64,000 nucleotides of DNA from the NCBI GenBank assembly GCA_047495785.1, contig JBLDXI010000013.1, forward strand, positions 1,116,001 through 1,180,000, written 5' to 3'. Under the pieces are notes generated by a model. That model was not told the DNA's origin, did no database searches, and saw only the letters and a list, made by a program, of their open reading frames with translations. The translations under genes were made by a program, and so were the position numbers. Of this stretch, positions 44,188-57,043 are shown one piece after another (positions within the stretch are counted from its first letter, which is position 1; every line of letters begins with the position of its first letter). The DNA comes from Lepidodermella squamata. Lineage: Eukaryota; Animalia; Gastrotricha.

Positions 44188-46424
44188 TATTAGCGAAAAT
44201 TATCTAGACAATCAATAAGTATATTTAGAAAATTAAAACGTTCACAAACTGTGGATCCGAATGCCAGTTAGTTCTTTGTTACCTAGTAAACTTCAAATTT
44301 TAGGAAAACTGAATCATGGCCAATTTTCCTTCACTAGTATGCCATAATCAACCCATTTCCGATTAACCATATGCAACAAACTACAATTACTCTTTTCGAA
44401 CGCCATTTACGCCAGGAATCTAAACAACCCACACCGAATGCTTACGAATTCTGCCGTTGAAAATAAATTACCAAGGTTTGTAAAAATTTAATCGACTGCC
44501 CTTTGAAATGGCAACGAGAAACCATATACGAAAATACGAAATTATGAAATTCCAACGCCTAAGGACAAAGGAAAGAAAAAAACATGGCGAGAACCATGCA
44601 ACAAACTGCAATCGATCATCTACAAAAAAAGCAAATGATATTTTCGAACCCCATTCATTTTGAATCCCACAATCTGCCCCTGATTCTTACGAAATATCTA
44701 TACCTAATAAATCTGCGATTGAATTACTAAAGCGAGCCGTCGTGCCCCGTCGCAGTTTGTTTCATAGTGTTTTACGTCTATATGGCGAGCAGTGTACATC
44801 AGCAATTACTTATTATGCTTTCCTTTAATCGAAGCACCTCGCCAAGGTGCGATTGCCAACATCAACAGCACCCTCAACTTTGACGGAGCGGCACCCGAAA
44901 TCCACAATATGTTTCTATTCTGATGCCTTCTACACGAGTTAAAGCAAGTTTAGCTTCGACGACATTGAGACCACCCGGGGCCGAGCCTAGCGCCGCTCAA
45001 CAAATCGCCCGATGATTCGCCCCTCCAACAGCACAAGCAAGACGAAAGGCTAACTGATATTGTAAAGGCTCTCATGTTGGTGATATAAACCTCCCAATTA
45101 ATGTATCGTAGTTCATAGCATCAACGAAATCGGGTCCGAGGTCCGAGGTATCCGCACTTTCAGATCGATTAGGCATTCAGGCCTCGCTGCGGACTCACTG
45201 AGTCGTCTGCTAGAGCTCCACGAGTGCTCCGGAGCCATCAATGACGTAGTCGGCCGATTGGCAAGAGTGCTCGAGGCCGCTGCAAGAACGATACTAATGA
45301 AGTTAATTTGGATCGCCCAGTTACACCTAAAATCAGGCAACAACATGCGCCGATAGCTACAGCGCGACTTGAATAGTCTTGACCGCTTAGGTATGTAGCA
45401 TGTGCCAAGCATTTAACAGGTAAACCAGGTGTTAGGGACTGCGAAAACAAACTGTCCATGTAAGAGTGTTACTTCCAATGTTTAGCGGACAGCTAATTTT
45501 TTCCATACAAAAAGCGACACTTAATATTTTCACACCTGTCGCATCCTGTCATTACAACAATCATAGGGAGCCACCAAAAAAAAATAAAAAATTTTCCGAT
45601 CAACGCCGCAACTTTTTACCGCGCTTTTAGCAATTTGAATAAAAAATTCAAAATTTGACAAAAGCTCAAAATTACAATAAAAAGTAAACTTCAAAATTAT
45701 AATAAATGCAACCTTGACTTTTCTAACCACGTGGTTTTCAGGCTACTTGGAAACGTTTGCGTTCCCAGCCAATAAGGAAGTCGAAGTAAGGAGAGAAGCA
45801 GAAAAGTTGCTGCGTTTATACTTTAAGATGGATAGTTTGACACCGTTCTTTGATTTGATATATATGTTCTACCCGAAAAGAACGGATAAGGTTACAAACC
45901 TCGAAAAACTGTTGATTTCTTGTTGATTTTTTCGATGGAGAAGCCTATATTCAATCGATAGAGCATTGAACGATCTATATTTTGGTATAATAACCGACAT
46001 CATTACGTGAACTTGGCCTTTGACTTGACTGCGTGCGGTATTCAGGGAGCTCAGCTCCTTCTTTAATTCATCAAGTACGGAGCGGCCCGCTGTGGGGAAA
46101 ATCTTTCTCCACACGCTTTTGACCGGTCAGGACAATTCTTCTGTGTTGACTGGGCGATAGATCATCGGGATCAGCAATTTACCAAGTCCAAACGAAGTAG
46201 CGAACGATAGGCATTTTGAAACTTTTACTCGTCTTGGTGTTAATGTGAACTGAATTAGCTTTTCTTAGCTTGTCTCCAAGAGCGCATTCTTATTCTCATA
46301 CGTATACAGTGTTTTTTGTTTACTCGTTGCATGATATTGTGCCCAATACCTCAAGCATTGGCATAGCTTCTTAATATGTTCTCAATTACTTATTTAGGTG
46401 AAATACATTTCGCCAAGACTGGAA

Positions 46425-47930
46425 ATGCCATCCGAAACTGAAAATGTTCCTAGACCGTTGACTGCGAAAGTTTCAGTCGTCGATTTTGCGTTTCACCCTT
46501 CTGCGAAATTAGCGGCTCTAGCGCTGGTTAATGGCAAAATAAAATAGTAAGAATCTCGTGTTTTTATCATATGCTATATGCTATATTCATGTATTTTTTA
46601 AGTTACGACTATGGGAAAGAAAGCGAGCGCATGGTTAAAGTCATTCGCCCGTCGGAAGAATCAACTGCTTGCCGAGCTGTACGATTTTCGCCTTCATCTG
46701 GGCAGAATTTCATTGCTGGTTTTCAATCTGGAAACATCTACATCGGAGATGTTGAAACAGGCGCGATTAGCAAGACGATTAGCTCGCCCAAAGGGAAATC
46801 CTCCTCAGCTATTTACACAATAAAATCACTGAACGATCATTTGTTGTTTACTGGGGATGATAGTGGTGTTGTCAAAGTAATTCTTATTTAGATCATAGTC
46901 ATTTTGTAAATTTACGACTTTAATTGTTCGTAGTTGTTCGATATTCGACTTGATCACTCCAAGCCTGTTGTTCAGTTCTTGAACACCTACCAAGATGAAG
47001 AAGACGACGGTGAAACTGTTTCCAAGGATGATTGGGTCTCTGATATTTTCGTACTGAGCGAAACTGGTCACAAAATACTTGTCAGCAGGAGCGACGGTGA
47101 GTACTGCATGCCGGTTGTGAAATTGATTTTTTTATATTGCTGACTGGCAGGCACCGTGTGCACATATTCCACTCGTCGAGGGGGTCGCTTGTCTGTCCGA
47201 TCGGAATCTCTTGGAGCTGAATTGACGTAAATATTTTATTTTGCTCTTGATCGTCTTAAACATTTCCTTTACTAGCGGAATGGCTGGACCCATGAAAGGC
47301 GGCAAAAAATTCGTTGTATCCGCGAGTGATGGAGCGTTGAATGTTTTTAACTGGGGCGAATTTGGAAACATATCAGATAGATTTCCGATTAGCCGGAGTG
47401 GAAAGCTCAAATCTGCCTCGGGGAAATATGCGTTGCCAATATCCGTGGATTCAATATGTCAATTTAACGACAGCCTGCTATTTGCGGGATGTGGCGATGG
47501 AAAAATCAGACTTGTTTCTATTTTACCAAGTGCTGTCCTTGCTACTGTTGGTGTGCATGAATTGGATTATCCAGTGGAGCATCTGCGGCTGACTCATGAC
47601 TCCTCCCTACTCGCCAGCTCATGCTACGACGGATCGGTGCGCTTCTGGTCAACCGAATTATACAAAAATGTCAATTTATCCAGTAATTCGTTCGAAGATG
47701 AGAAATCTGGAGACAGCGATGCTTCCAGTGACGACGGCGGTAACCGCCGGCAACCTCGTTTGAAGAAACGTCGGAAAGAAATTAAGCAGCAACTATCACA
47801 ACGTCATAATTTCTTTGCCGATTTGGACAAAAGCCCTCCTATTGGGAGCGACGCGTCTGGCAGCGAAGAAAGTGATGAAACTGGATCATCGAGTGATTTC
47901 TCGGATGACGATTCTTGTTCTGATGAATAG
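46425..47930 (+). CDS. WDR55: WD repeat protein 55 (5 exons)
   Basis: VVDFAFHPS, CRAVRFS, LLFTGDDSGVVK, SESLGAELT, MKGGKKFVV...LNVFNWGEFGNISDRFP, DGKIRLVSILP, NFFADLD and an acidic tail. Confidence 0.88.
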
Positions 47931-48115
47931 ATTCTACTTTTGATACGATCTCGCTTGTGCCTTATTTGTGCCAAATAAAAGAATTGCTCAACCATTCAGG
48001 GCGTGTTTTTATCTATTGACGTGAGCGAGCGTCGATAACATCCTTTTATCTCTCTCAAGGAGTCAGTCAAAATGCAGGCACGGGAACCTTGTTTAGCCAT
48101 TGTTTTCTGTGTAAA

Positions 48116-50811
48116 ATGAAGACAGTTTTCATACTACTGCTGGTGGCTGCAGCAGCCACGCCGGCTTCAACACTTAACCCAGAGTTTTCGGATAACCTCA
48201 AAGCCTTATTTGCAAAGGTAACTCGTTTAGGACGCGACCGCGCACCTGTCGGACATGTAACAGTTGAGTCGCCGCTGTTCGGTGGAACAGTTTGGACTAA
48301 AGCAGAGACATGCGAAGCGTGTGAGACCGGTAAGTTATTAGCCTTTAAGAAGCCGCGTTTCGATTCAAGAAGAGTTTCTTTAGCAATCAAGGATGTGGTT
48401 CCTTTGGCTGAGAACAAGAAAGTTTTCGCGAAATTAGTGGCTTTTGCCAAGTCATTGTGCATTCGCGAGAAGTGGTTCACGGATCGAGGTTTCTATTCTC
48501 CGCCAATTTTTTGCCGAATTTCATTTTCATTTGAATGACAGTTTGCAACGGTGCAGTTGACATGTTCAAGGTAAGCTAAGGCACGAATCTCTACCGATTT
48601 CTAATTTTAAATTAAGGAGGAAGTATACGCCTTGTTGCCAGTCATATATTCCGCTCCTCATAGCACCTGCTCCAAACTGTTGAAAGCTGACTGTGGTGAA
48701 GACGATAATCCAGTTACCAAGTGGTGGAATGTTACGATCCCACCTGAACCACCAGCCGTTCGCAAAGTGCAGAATGTTCGTAAAGCATTAGATAAAAAGC
48801 GTGGAACGGGCGCAACTGTCCAAATTCTTCATCTCTCTGACATGCATATGGTAAGTGGGATGACATTCGAGAGCTTTGAAATTTCAGCTTTACTTCAGGA
48901 CCCCTGGTATGTCGCCGGATCAGAGGGAAACTGTACTGAGCCCTTGTGCTGCAGATTCGATTCGCCGTCACCCACAGGTTAGACCTTGTCACAAATCAAT
49001 GCAATACAACCTGAAAATCGCTTGTGCTAAAATCACTCACCCAGATCCGACACAACGCCGAGTCGCTGGTAAAATTGGTGATTACAAATGCGATACGCCC
49101 CCGTCTACGATGGCTAATTTCTTGTCGAGCATTGCGAAGCAGCATCAGGTTTTAAATACATAATATTGTTATTAATTCCGCATTCTAATATCTCTTGCGG
49201 TTTTAGATCGACGCGATATACGTGACAGGAGACTGTAAGTGCCCTTGCCTATGTTATAGAATACAGGGGGTTCAATTTAAAGTCCCCCGTCACTTGTTCA
49301 CTATTAGTTAGGAGGTGAAATCTCGTTAACTGATTCCACGTGTCTAGCTAATAGATAAACATTCCCAAATTTAGGGCTCGAGATCCATTATTTAAATCCA
49401 AACTCGTTTATTTAACGTTCAAGGCTTTTGGTAGCTTAATAGATAAGACACAACATGGTTATTACAGCTCGTTTTGGAAGAGCAATTTGACGGATACAGA
49501 AATTGATTCCTTTCAAACTATGAAAAGATACCCCTCATGACGTATGGAATCAGACTCGAGAGCGACACAAGGCTACCATCAGCAGCTTGGTAGACATTGT
49601 CAAGGCATCATTTGGCTCTGTTCCGGTTTACATGGCGGTTGGAAATCACGAGGGCATGCCCGTGAACGGTTTCCCAACACCGGCAAATTCTCTACCAACT
49701 ACGCAGAACATGAGGTCAATATAAAAATTTAACATGAATTTATTCACTTTCTTCGTAACAAAATAGCTGGTTGTATGACGATATTTTAATCAACAACTGG
49801 ATCAAGAAAACTGGCTGGCTGCCTCAGAGTACAGCGGCTGACATTTCCCAGTACGCCTATTCTATCTGCACCGCATAAAATGAAAGGAAATAATTTATAT
49901 CATGTGAAGGTCTGGATCTTACACAACATTGGTCAAAGCTGGCTGGCGAGTAATTTCAATGAACAATAACTATTGCAACAGCGGAAATTGGTAAATTATT
50001 GTCTATCCAAGGCCCGATTGATTGAACAAAAAGTTAACGTTTAAGGTGGCTATTCAGAAACTCGACCGATCCCCAGGGCGAGTTGCGCTGGCTAGTAAAT
50101 TGGCTAACGTATGCTGAGGCTAATAACGAGCGAGTTCACGTATTCATGCATTTGCCATCGGGCGGGGGCGATTGTTTGAAGGTGTGGTCTTGGAACTTTT
50201 ACTCAATCATGTACAGGTACATCCAATTTGTCAAAACATGTTCATGATTGAAAGAGAATTACTGAAGGTTCCGGAACACAGTGATGGCCCAATTTTCTGG
50301 CCATACTCATGACTCCTATTACACAGTTTATTATGACGATAAGAACTTCACAACGCCAACTGGAATAAATTATGTTGGCCCCTCTGTCACTCCTTACACC
50401 GATGAAAACCCCGCCTACCAAATTCTGACAGCGGACGCTACGACTCTCGAAGTTCTTGACTATGACATATATTACATCGATATTCCAGCTTCGAACGCAG
50501 CCGGTTCTATTATCGTGAAGAAGCTCTACTCCGCAAAGGTTAGTTTTTTTTATAACTAGCAACATTCTGTCCTACGTATTACTACACTAAAGGCTGACCT
50601 GGGTCTCGCTGATTTGACCCCTCTGAGCTGGCACCAACTCGCTATCAAAATGCAAACCGATGATGCGTTGTTCAACAAGTTCTACAGCTGGTTGAGTCGG
50701 CTGGCCGTTAACACCCCATGCGACGCGGCATGCAAACGAAGTGTGCTCTGCGAACTACATACCAGCAGAAATGACCCGACATTTTGCGATCGATTCGTTC
50801 CCAAGTTGTGA
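48116..50811 (+). CDS. SMPD1: Acid sphingomyelinase (saposin B plus metallophosphoesterase; about 13 exons)
   Basis: Signal peptide MKTVFILLLVAAAA, saposin cysteines, ILHLSDMHMDPWY..GSEGNCTEPLCCR, GDYKCDTP, YVTGDYTPHDVW, VGNHEGMPVNGFP, AQFSGHTHD, PSVTPYTDENPAY. Confidence 0.93.
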
Positions 50812-51037
50812 TTGAAAAACTCGAATGAAATCGCAAAAACTCGCAATTCCGATTTACCAAATTGATTAAAACAAAGATTTTATGCATCATCATCATCATT
50901 ATTTTTTATTGCAAAATCGACCGGTTGAGAGCGAGCTGAAAACAACTAGAGAATGGAAGTAAAACCTGAAGTTGTAGAAAAAACGAGATGAGCAACAAAT
51001 CGAGTTTGGTTTTGATTTCTTTGAGCAAATATTTAAA

Positions 51038-54000
51038 TTAAGCAACTAAAGCATGGCGAGGTTTGCAATAGCTTCGTCGGTAGCACACATTTCGAACCGC
51101 AACAATGCCGTAAACACGACCGTGACCACCAGGTGGAAGTTCCAATCGGAGAGCTTCGTTGCTGCCAAAAGCCGGAACCCGATAAATGGCACCGCTAAAT
51201 TAGATGAAATAGAATTTTTTACCAGAATATTTTCACATTACTTACTCTTCCCAATCAGTCCAGAAAAGATGGCGACTGGCTGCCACCAGACCGAACGGCC
51301 ATTTCGCTTGATCAAAAACAGTTCGCCGACTTCCGAAGCGGTTGTCGCCATCCGGGCAATGATTCGGCAGTTGGGTGCATTGGATTTGATGAGAGCCAGC
51401 ATCAGCCCAACACAACTGCCTAGCCTCCCAGTCGATGGTTAGCGCATTAGGCAGGACTAGCCCGTCAGCTGCACTGAAAATTACACTCCTATCCGAGCCA
51501 TCGATCATACTGCGTTCGATGCGCGGCTTCGAACGTTCCCAATCAGTCCAAATCAACCAGCCAGCATCAGGGTGAACGACAATAGCTCTCGGGTCGGCCA
51601 GACCGGTGTCAATCACCGTTTTCCGACCAGAGCCATCGCCCGATGACGTTTCAATTGTGTCAAGCCGCGAATCAGTCCAATATAGCTGATTATTCAGCCA
51701 ATCAACCGCGATACCTTCAGGCTGGCCGAGGCCGTCCAGAATCCTCTCGGCGCGAGACCCGTCAACTCTCGAACGATAGATAGCCCCACTTTCAACATCA
51801 GACCAATACAGCATGTTCTCACCGCAATGAAATTCGACACCAGCAATTATGATGCCGTTCGGTTCGTAAACCAGCTCATGGTTCAAGACGTGGTTATTCG
51901 CTTTGAAACCGTCCACAGACAAGTTATGCAACGCAATGCCTCGCGAGAAAACGAGATAGGCACCAGGCATAGCTGATACAGCTTCATTTCCGACCAGACA
52001 ATCTTTATAGCCATCGCCATTGTAACCCGGTTGGCACTCGCAAACGTAGAGGCCGCCTCTTTCACGGCAAAGGGCTTTCGGATGGCAGAGCTTGGCATCA
52101 AGGCGGCAATCTTCCTGTTGACACAAGCCTCGAACGCAGAAAGTTCCATCAGGACATTGATTGCGGTACTTGCAAGGTATTTTATCTGAATTAAAGAAAA
52201 TAGTGAGAATTTAATAGAATTTCAGAGAACCAACCTTTTAGAACGCATTTGCCGTTCATTTCCACGAAGTGTGTAGCACATTTGCATACTGCCTTCAATG
52301 TGCCATCTTCATCTGGCTCTTCCACGCAAATGATATTCGGGTCGTTCGGGCAGGAACACTCCAATTTACAAGTCTTATAGCCGTCCCCCTTGTATCCCGG
52401 CTTACATTCACAGCGATAGTGACCACTTTCTGAATCGCTGCCCTGGGCAGGTAGACAAACAGCTCTTTCGTGGCAGACACTGGCGTTCAGATAGCAATTG
52501 TCGGGGGCTAGATTGCATTCGAAGCCATTGCCGACGAAACCAGGACGGCATTTACAGGCAAAACGCAGACCAGTCGAATCCAGAGCACATTCCGCGAATT
52601 TCGAGCATTTTGACATGTCGCACTGTTGACCATCCGGCGGCCGTGCGACAAAGTCAGTCGGAAAGCACATGGTGCCATCCCCGAAAAATCCCGGGTTGCA
52701 CTGGCACACAAACGCGTTATCGACCGTATCAAGCTGGCAGGTCGAATTTTGGTGGCAATTATGACATCTGTTCGGGACTAGAAAAAAATCATTTCATATT
52801 TCCTATATACGCACGTTTATCTTACTAGCTGGGGTGCATTTTAATCCGTTTCCGACAAAACCGTCACGGCATTCGCATCGCCAACGGTCGCGGACTCCGC
52901 CGACAGGAGGGCGGCATTCGGAATTTTCTCCACACTGCTCCCATCGATCGCAATCGACATTCGATAGCTGGCAGTTGGTCACGCCATCGCCCTCGTAGCC
53001 GCCCGTGCACTGGCACCGGTCGCGTTGTTCGACCGGGTCAAAGTAGCACTGGGCGAGTTCGTGGCACACCAACTCGCATTTTCGTTCGCATTTGTGTCCC
53101 GAACCTTCGTAGCCGGGCAAGCACTTGCAGTAGTAGGAACCGGGCATGTTTACGCACTCTGCATTACGGCTGCATGAATGCGTCGATTCAGCACACTCGT
53201 CAATGTCGACGCATTCAGTCTGACCGTCGCCCCTGTAGCCTTCATTGCATTTGCACATGTAGCCATTGGGTGAATCTCTGAATGGTTTATATAAAAAACT
53301 CAATAAAATACAAAAATTAATTTGATTATTTTTCTCACTTGTCAGTCAGGCAAAACGCATTCCCAGCACATAGGTCCTCTCTGCAAAAGCCAGCATCTGA
53401 AAAATTTGGAAAAATTTAACGAGCTAAAATCGAAAAAATGAAAAAACTTACCACTGATGGGTCCGACGTAGCCAATCATTTCAAATTTCAGAAAATCCGT
53501 GCCCTGTCCTGATGAGACCGTAGCTCGAGGTGAAGCGATAGTCAGTTGTTGGCGACCTCCCGAGTCACCGAATTCTCGCGGCTCGGAGCGGCACTCCATG
53601 AATCTGATCTGATGCTCCCAAACAAATCGACGCTTGATCGGGACAGGATCAGTTGCGCCTTCAGCGAATCCTTGGCTCGGGGTAGCAGCAGCAGGGGTCA
53701 CGCTGAAATACCGATCGCAACGGCCACTGATTTGTCCGAAACCGGACCGTTCGTAGATTTTCGTGTAATTTTCAACTTCGATCAGCTCAGGTCCCAGTTT
53801 AGGCACCTTGCCCCTCCAATGCGATTTAATCTGACCCTTGTCAAACGCGACGAAATTATGCAGCTGGTTTTCGATCAGCAACTCCTCGCCTGAGTCGAAT
53901 TGAACTCGAATCGTTTCGTTAATTTCCGGGCCAGTCACACGAACACCAGGCACGTTATTCACCGGGAAATTATCGCGAGCCCAAAGCCATCCTAAGACAT

Positions 54001-55169
54001 CGACAGTTCCGGTCAACGGCTTCAGCGAATTGATAAGATCTTGCGTCAGGGCAGGTGCGATCGTTTCAATGCCGAAGTAAACACGCCGATCTGTGGTGAT
54101 GTAAGCCACCATACGAATGTCATCAGCTTGAACGCCGTTGATGTCAATGGATAAAATTCCGTCGACACGAAGCGGGTATCGGCGATCGCCGTCGCTTTCT
54201 CGCAGGCAAGAATAGCCCGAACCAACGAAACCAGCCCTGCAGACGCAACAAGCTCCTGTCGGCATGGCCCGGCATTCGCCGTGTCTGCCGCAAGACTGCT
54301 GATCGGTATCACATGGAACGGCCTGATCCGCCCCGGCGAATTCAGCGTACTCGGGCAAATGACCATTGGGCAGACCGACGCTGGTGGTCGATCGGCCGAT
54401 GTGATACATCCAAACACCTGGGCGGCCGACGTTCGACTCGCGCACCCAACGGCGAGCCGCGTCTGTTCCTGAGTGGGTCTGAAGGTACACGCGAGTCCCA
54501 TCGCCAGAGTCGAAACCGGCAGCGGCGAAAGATTGGCCGGATGATATCCAATCGAATTCGTCTTCTGCGTACAAGAAACTAGCGAATGAATCGGTTGCCC
54601 CGTTAGCTAGAACAAGTTGAAATGTGTTGACTTCCTCTGGAGCACCATTCCTGCGAGCAACTCGGTGCCAAGTAACAATTATCAACTCCGACGGCTCGAA
54701 ATCTTTGAAAAGCTCCGGAAAAGCTTTACGAATTTCATCAGAAGATCTCTGCATGAGAGACTGCTCATCGGAGTGCCTGAAATACCAGTAGGTAAAATTG
54801 ATAAATTACCAACCAAATAATGACAAACCGGTAATAAACTTCTCCAGATATCCCAAGATCTACATCGGCTAAAAATGGTGTGATAACGCGAATGTTAGCT
54901 GGGAGGCGGTATCCGAACGAAGAGGCTTCAACTGGAGTCTGTAGGGTCAGAAAGCCGTCTTCGTGTACGTACAGCCGATGGTCACTCGTCGAAAATAGCG
55001 TTATTGGAGTGTCGACGAGAATCTCCTCGGCTTTCGTCGAGCCGTCCTCATTTTTCCGTAGCTTAGAATCGTCGAGAGTAGCGAAAGGATAGAAATGACT
55101 TGACGTCAGCGCATCGAGAGGAGGAAACGTGCCAATCAGTAGACAGGCACATATCAAATTCAAATACAT
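51038..55169 (-). CDS. NID: Nidogen/entactin (NIDO, G2 barrel, EGF repeats, YWTD/LDLR-B propeller); multi-exon
   Basis: Signal peptide, ITPFLADVD, NTFQLVLA, SNVGRPGVWMYHIG (NIDO), G2-like region, many EGF repeats including CVDIDEC, and LYWSD/LYWTD/LIWTDW/LCWAD/LFWTDW repeats. Confidence 0.92.
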
Positions 55170-55171
55170 GC

Positions 55172-55210
55172 CTAGATGAGATGAAAAAATTAGCGTTAGT
55201 GAAATTTATT
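55172..55210 (-). promoter_or_regulatory. Putative poly(A) signal, branch point and trans-splice acceptor between FAM161 and nidogen
   Basis: AATAAA (55210-55205), CACTAAC branch-like motif, pyrimidine tract, TAG (AG 55173-55172), nidogen ATG 2 nt later. Confidence 0.55.
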
Positions 55211-55350
55211 TGGACAGTCATACTGTTGATACACTAGAACAAGATTCGAAGGCTATAACAATAATTTATCAAATTATGTAAATAAAGTGCCACAAAAACA
55301 CGCTGAATCAGCCAATACGAAACACATGAAGCGGTGGAATCTATCACAAT

Positions 55351-57043
55351 TCAGAATGCGTAGTCGTCCTCTGGATCACGAGGGGCTATGGGTGACGCTT
55401 GAATATCGTAATCACCGCCTCGACTGTCTCCTCTGAAAAAAAAACAGAATTTAGACGGCTAAATTAAAAAAAACTCGATTATACCTTCTTCTAGATCTAG
55501 TCGCGTCTGAAAACGGAGACCGGTCGTAGCTTCGAAGAGCGGCGTTATTGTAATCAGCGGCAAGCGTTGTGGAATGTAAGACTTCTTCTTCCGTCAAACC
55601 GACACGTGCAAGAGCATCGCGGTATCGCTGGGCAGCTTGTTTTCGTGCGACATCAGCAGAAACGCGTTCAACCAGCAAAGGCCGTTCGGCGATCTTTTGC
55701 TCAACCTCGTTCAAATATTTTCGATACTGAATATTTCGATCGGCGATTTCTTTGGCTCTTTCAGAATCCTTCTCAGCAGTTTCCCCATCTGATCGAGGGG
55801 TTGAACCGAGGCCTCTATCGCGGACTAGTTTAGCCATTTCTCTTTGACGTTCTTCTCGCCTTCGCTTTAAAGCAGCAGCTTCTTCGAGCTTGGCTCTTTC
55901 CGACGTCATTTTTTCCTGCATTTTCGACATTCGAAGTTCGGATGTGGCAGTTGCTTTGATAGGAAAGGCTTTTTCTCCGCTCAAAGCAATCCTACCAGCC
56001 GCCAAAGACTCTGCAACTGACCGTGGACGGCTCTTCATAGCCACTGGCGTTGTTTCGAGGGTCACAGACGCTTCAGGTGGCATAAATCTCGATTTTGTTG
56101 GCAGAGGCGGCCTGGAGATAGGCTGACTCAGCCGGTTATAAACAGTTGGATCAAACGTTGATGATCGCATTCGATCAGCGGAGGCTGCGCGCTTTTTTAA
56201 TGATTTGGTTAACAGCTCTTGCTGCGCTTTCCTTCGAGCCTCCATGCTCGGCGGCGCTGCGGCACTTCGGTACAGTTCAATCGCGCGCATTCTCGCTTGG
56301 ATTTTGCGGTACAATTCTTTTTCGCGCATTTCTTCGGTTATTGTAGGATCGTGAGTCGATTGAGGAACAGGCCGAGCTTTGAACACAATGCCTTTTTTCA
56401 AAGTACTACTATCGAGTTCGGTGGCCGAATTGCACCGCTGTAGTGCCCGGCTGGTGTGTTCACGAACAGTAAATTTGAAAGGCTTTTGAAGGGATCGAAG
56501 TAGCTGCTGTGAGTGCTCAACGACAAACTGCCGTCTCAGCTCCTGAGTTCGCGCTAACTCGTCATAAATAGGCAAGTAAACGTGAGCGGGTACAGGGTTG
56601 GCCCGAAAATGTCTCTTAGCTTCCAGCTGCGCCTCAAGGATACGTTCCCTCTCAATCTTTTCGCGCTTCAACTTTTCCAACTTTTCTTCTTTTTTCTTAC
56701 CCACTATTTCGTCCCTTATTGTCATATCGAACGGTTTAGGAATAGTCACACGATGACGCCAGGAAGGAGAGTCAGTTTGCTCGACGCCTGAATCCTGCTG
56801 CGCCTGGATAGACTGACGCAAGACTTCTGAATTATTTGAACCTCCATAAGTTTTCATGTATTCATCCAGATCAAAATCGTCCCACATCTGCTTGATTCGC
56901 TCAAGGGCATTGAAACGATCATTCGCATCTAATCGATCATCCATGTCTAGCATTTTGTTCATTTCTGCTGATGCAGGAAGCGGATCACCGTCTTCGATGT
57001 ATTTACCAGACCGCGACAAAACTGATTCGTAAACACTTTTCAT
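55351..57043 (-). CDS. FAM161A: FAM161 family ciliary microtubule-binding protein (intron 55433-55484)
   Basis: VTIPKPFDMTIRD, FRANPVPAHVYLPIY, QKPFKF, FKARPVP, EKELYRKIQARMRAIELY, RPLLVERVS motifs (UPF0564). Confidence 0.85.

Noticed and set aside
49265-49290. Short inverted repeat GGGG...CCCC in the enlarged sphingomyelinase intron
   Set aside because: Too short and imperfect to call a MITE or structured RNA.
53228-53240. RGD motif in a nidogen EGF repeat (GYRGDG)
   Set aside because: GxxGDG is the normal EGF consensus, and an RGD is already known in vertebrate nidogen-1, so it is not novel.
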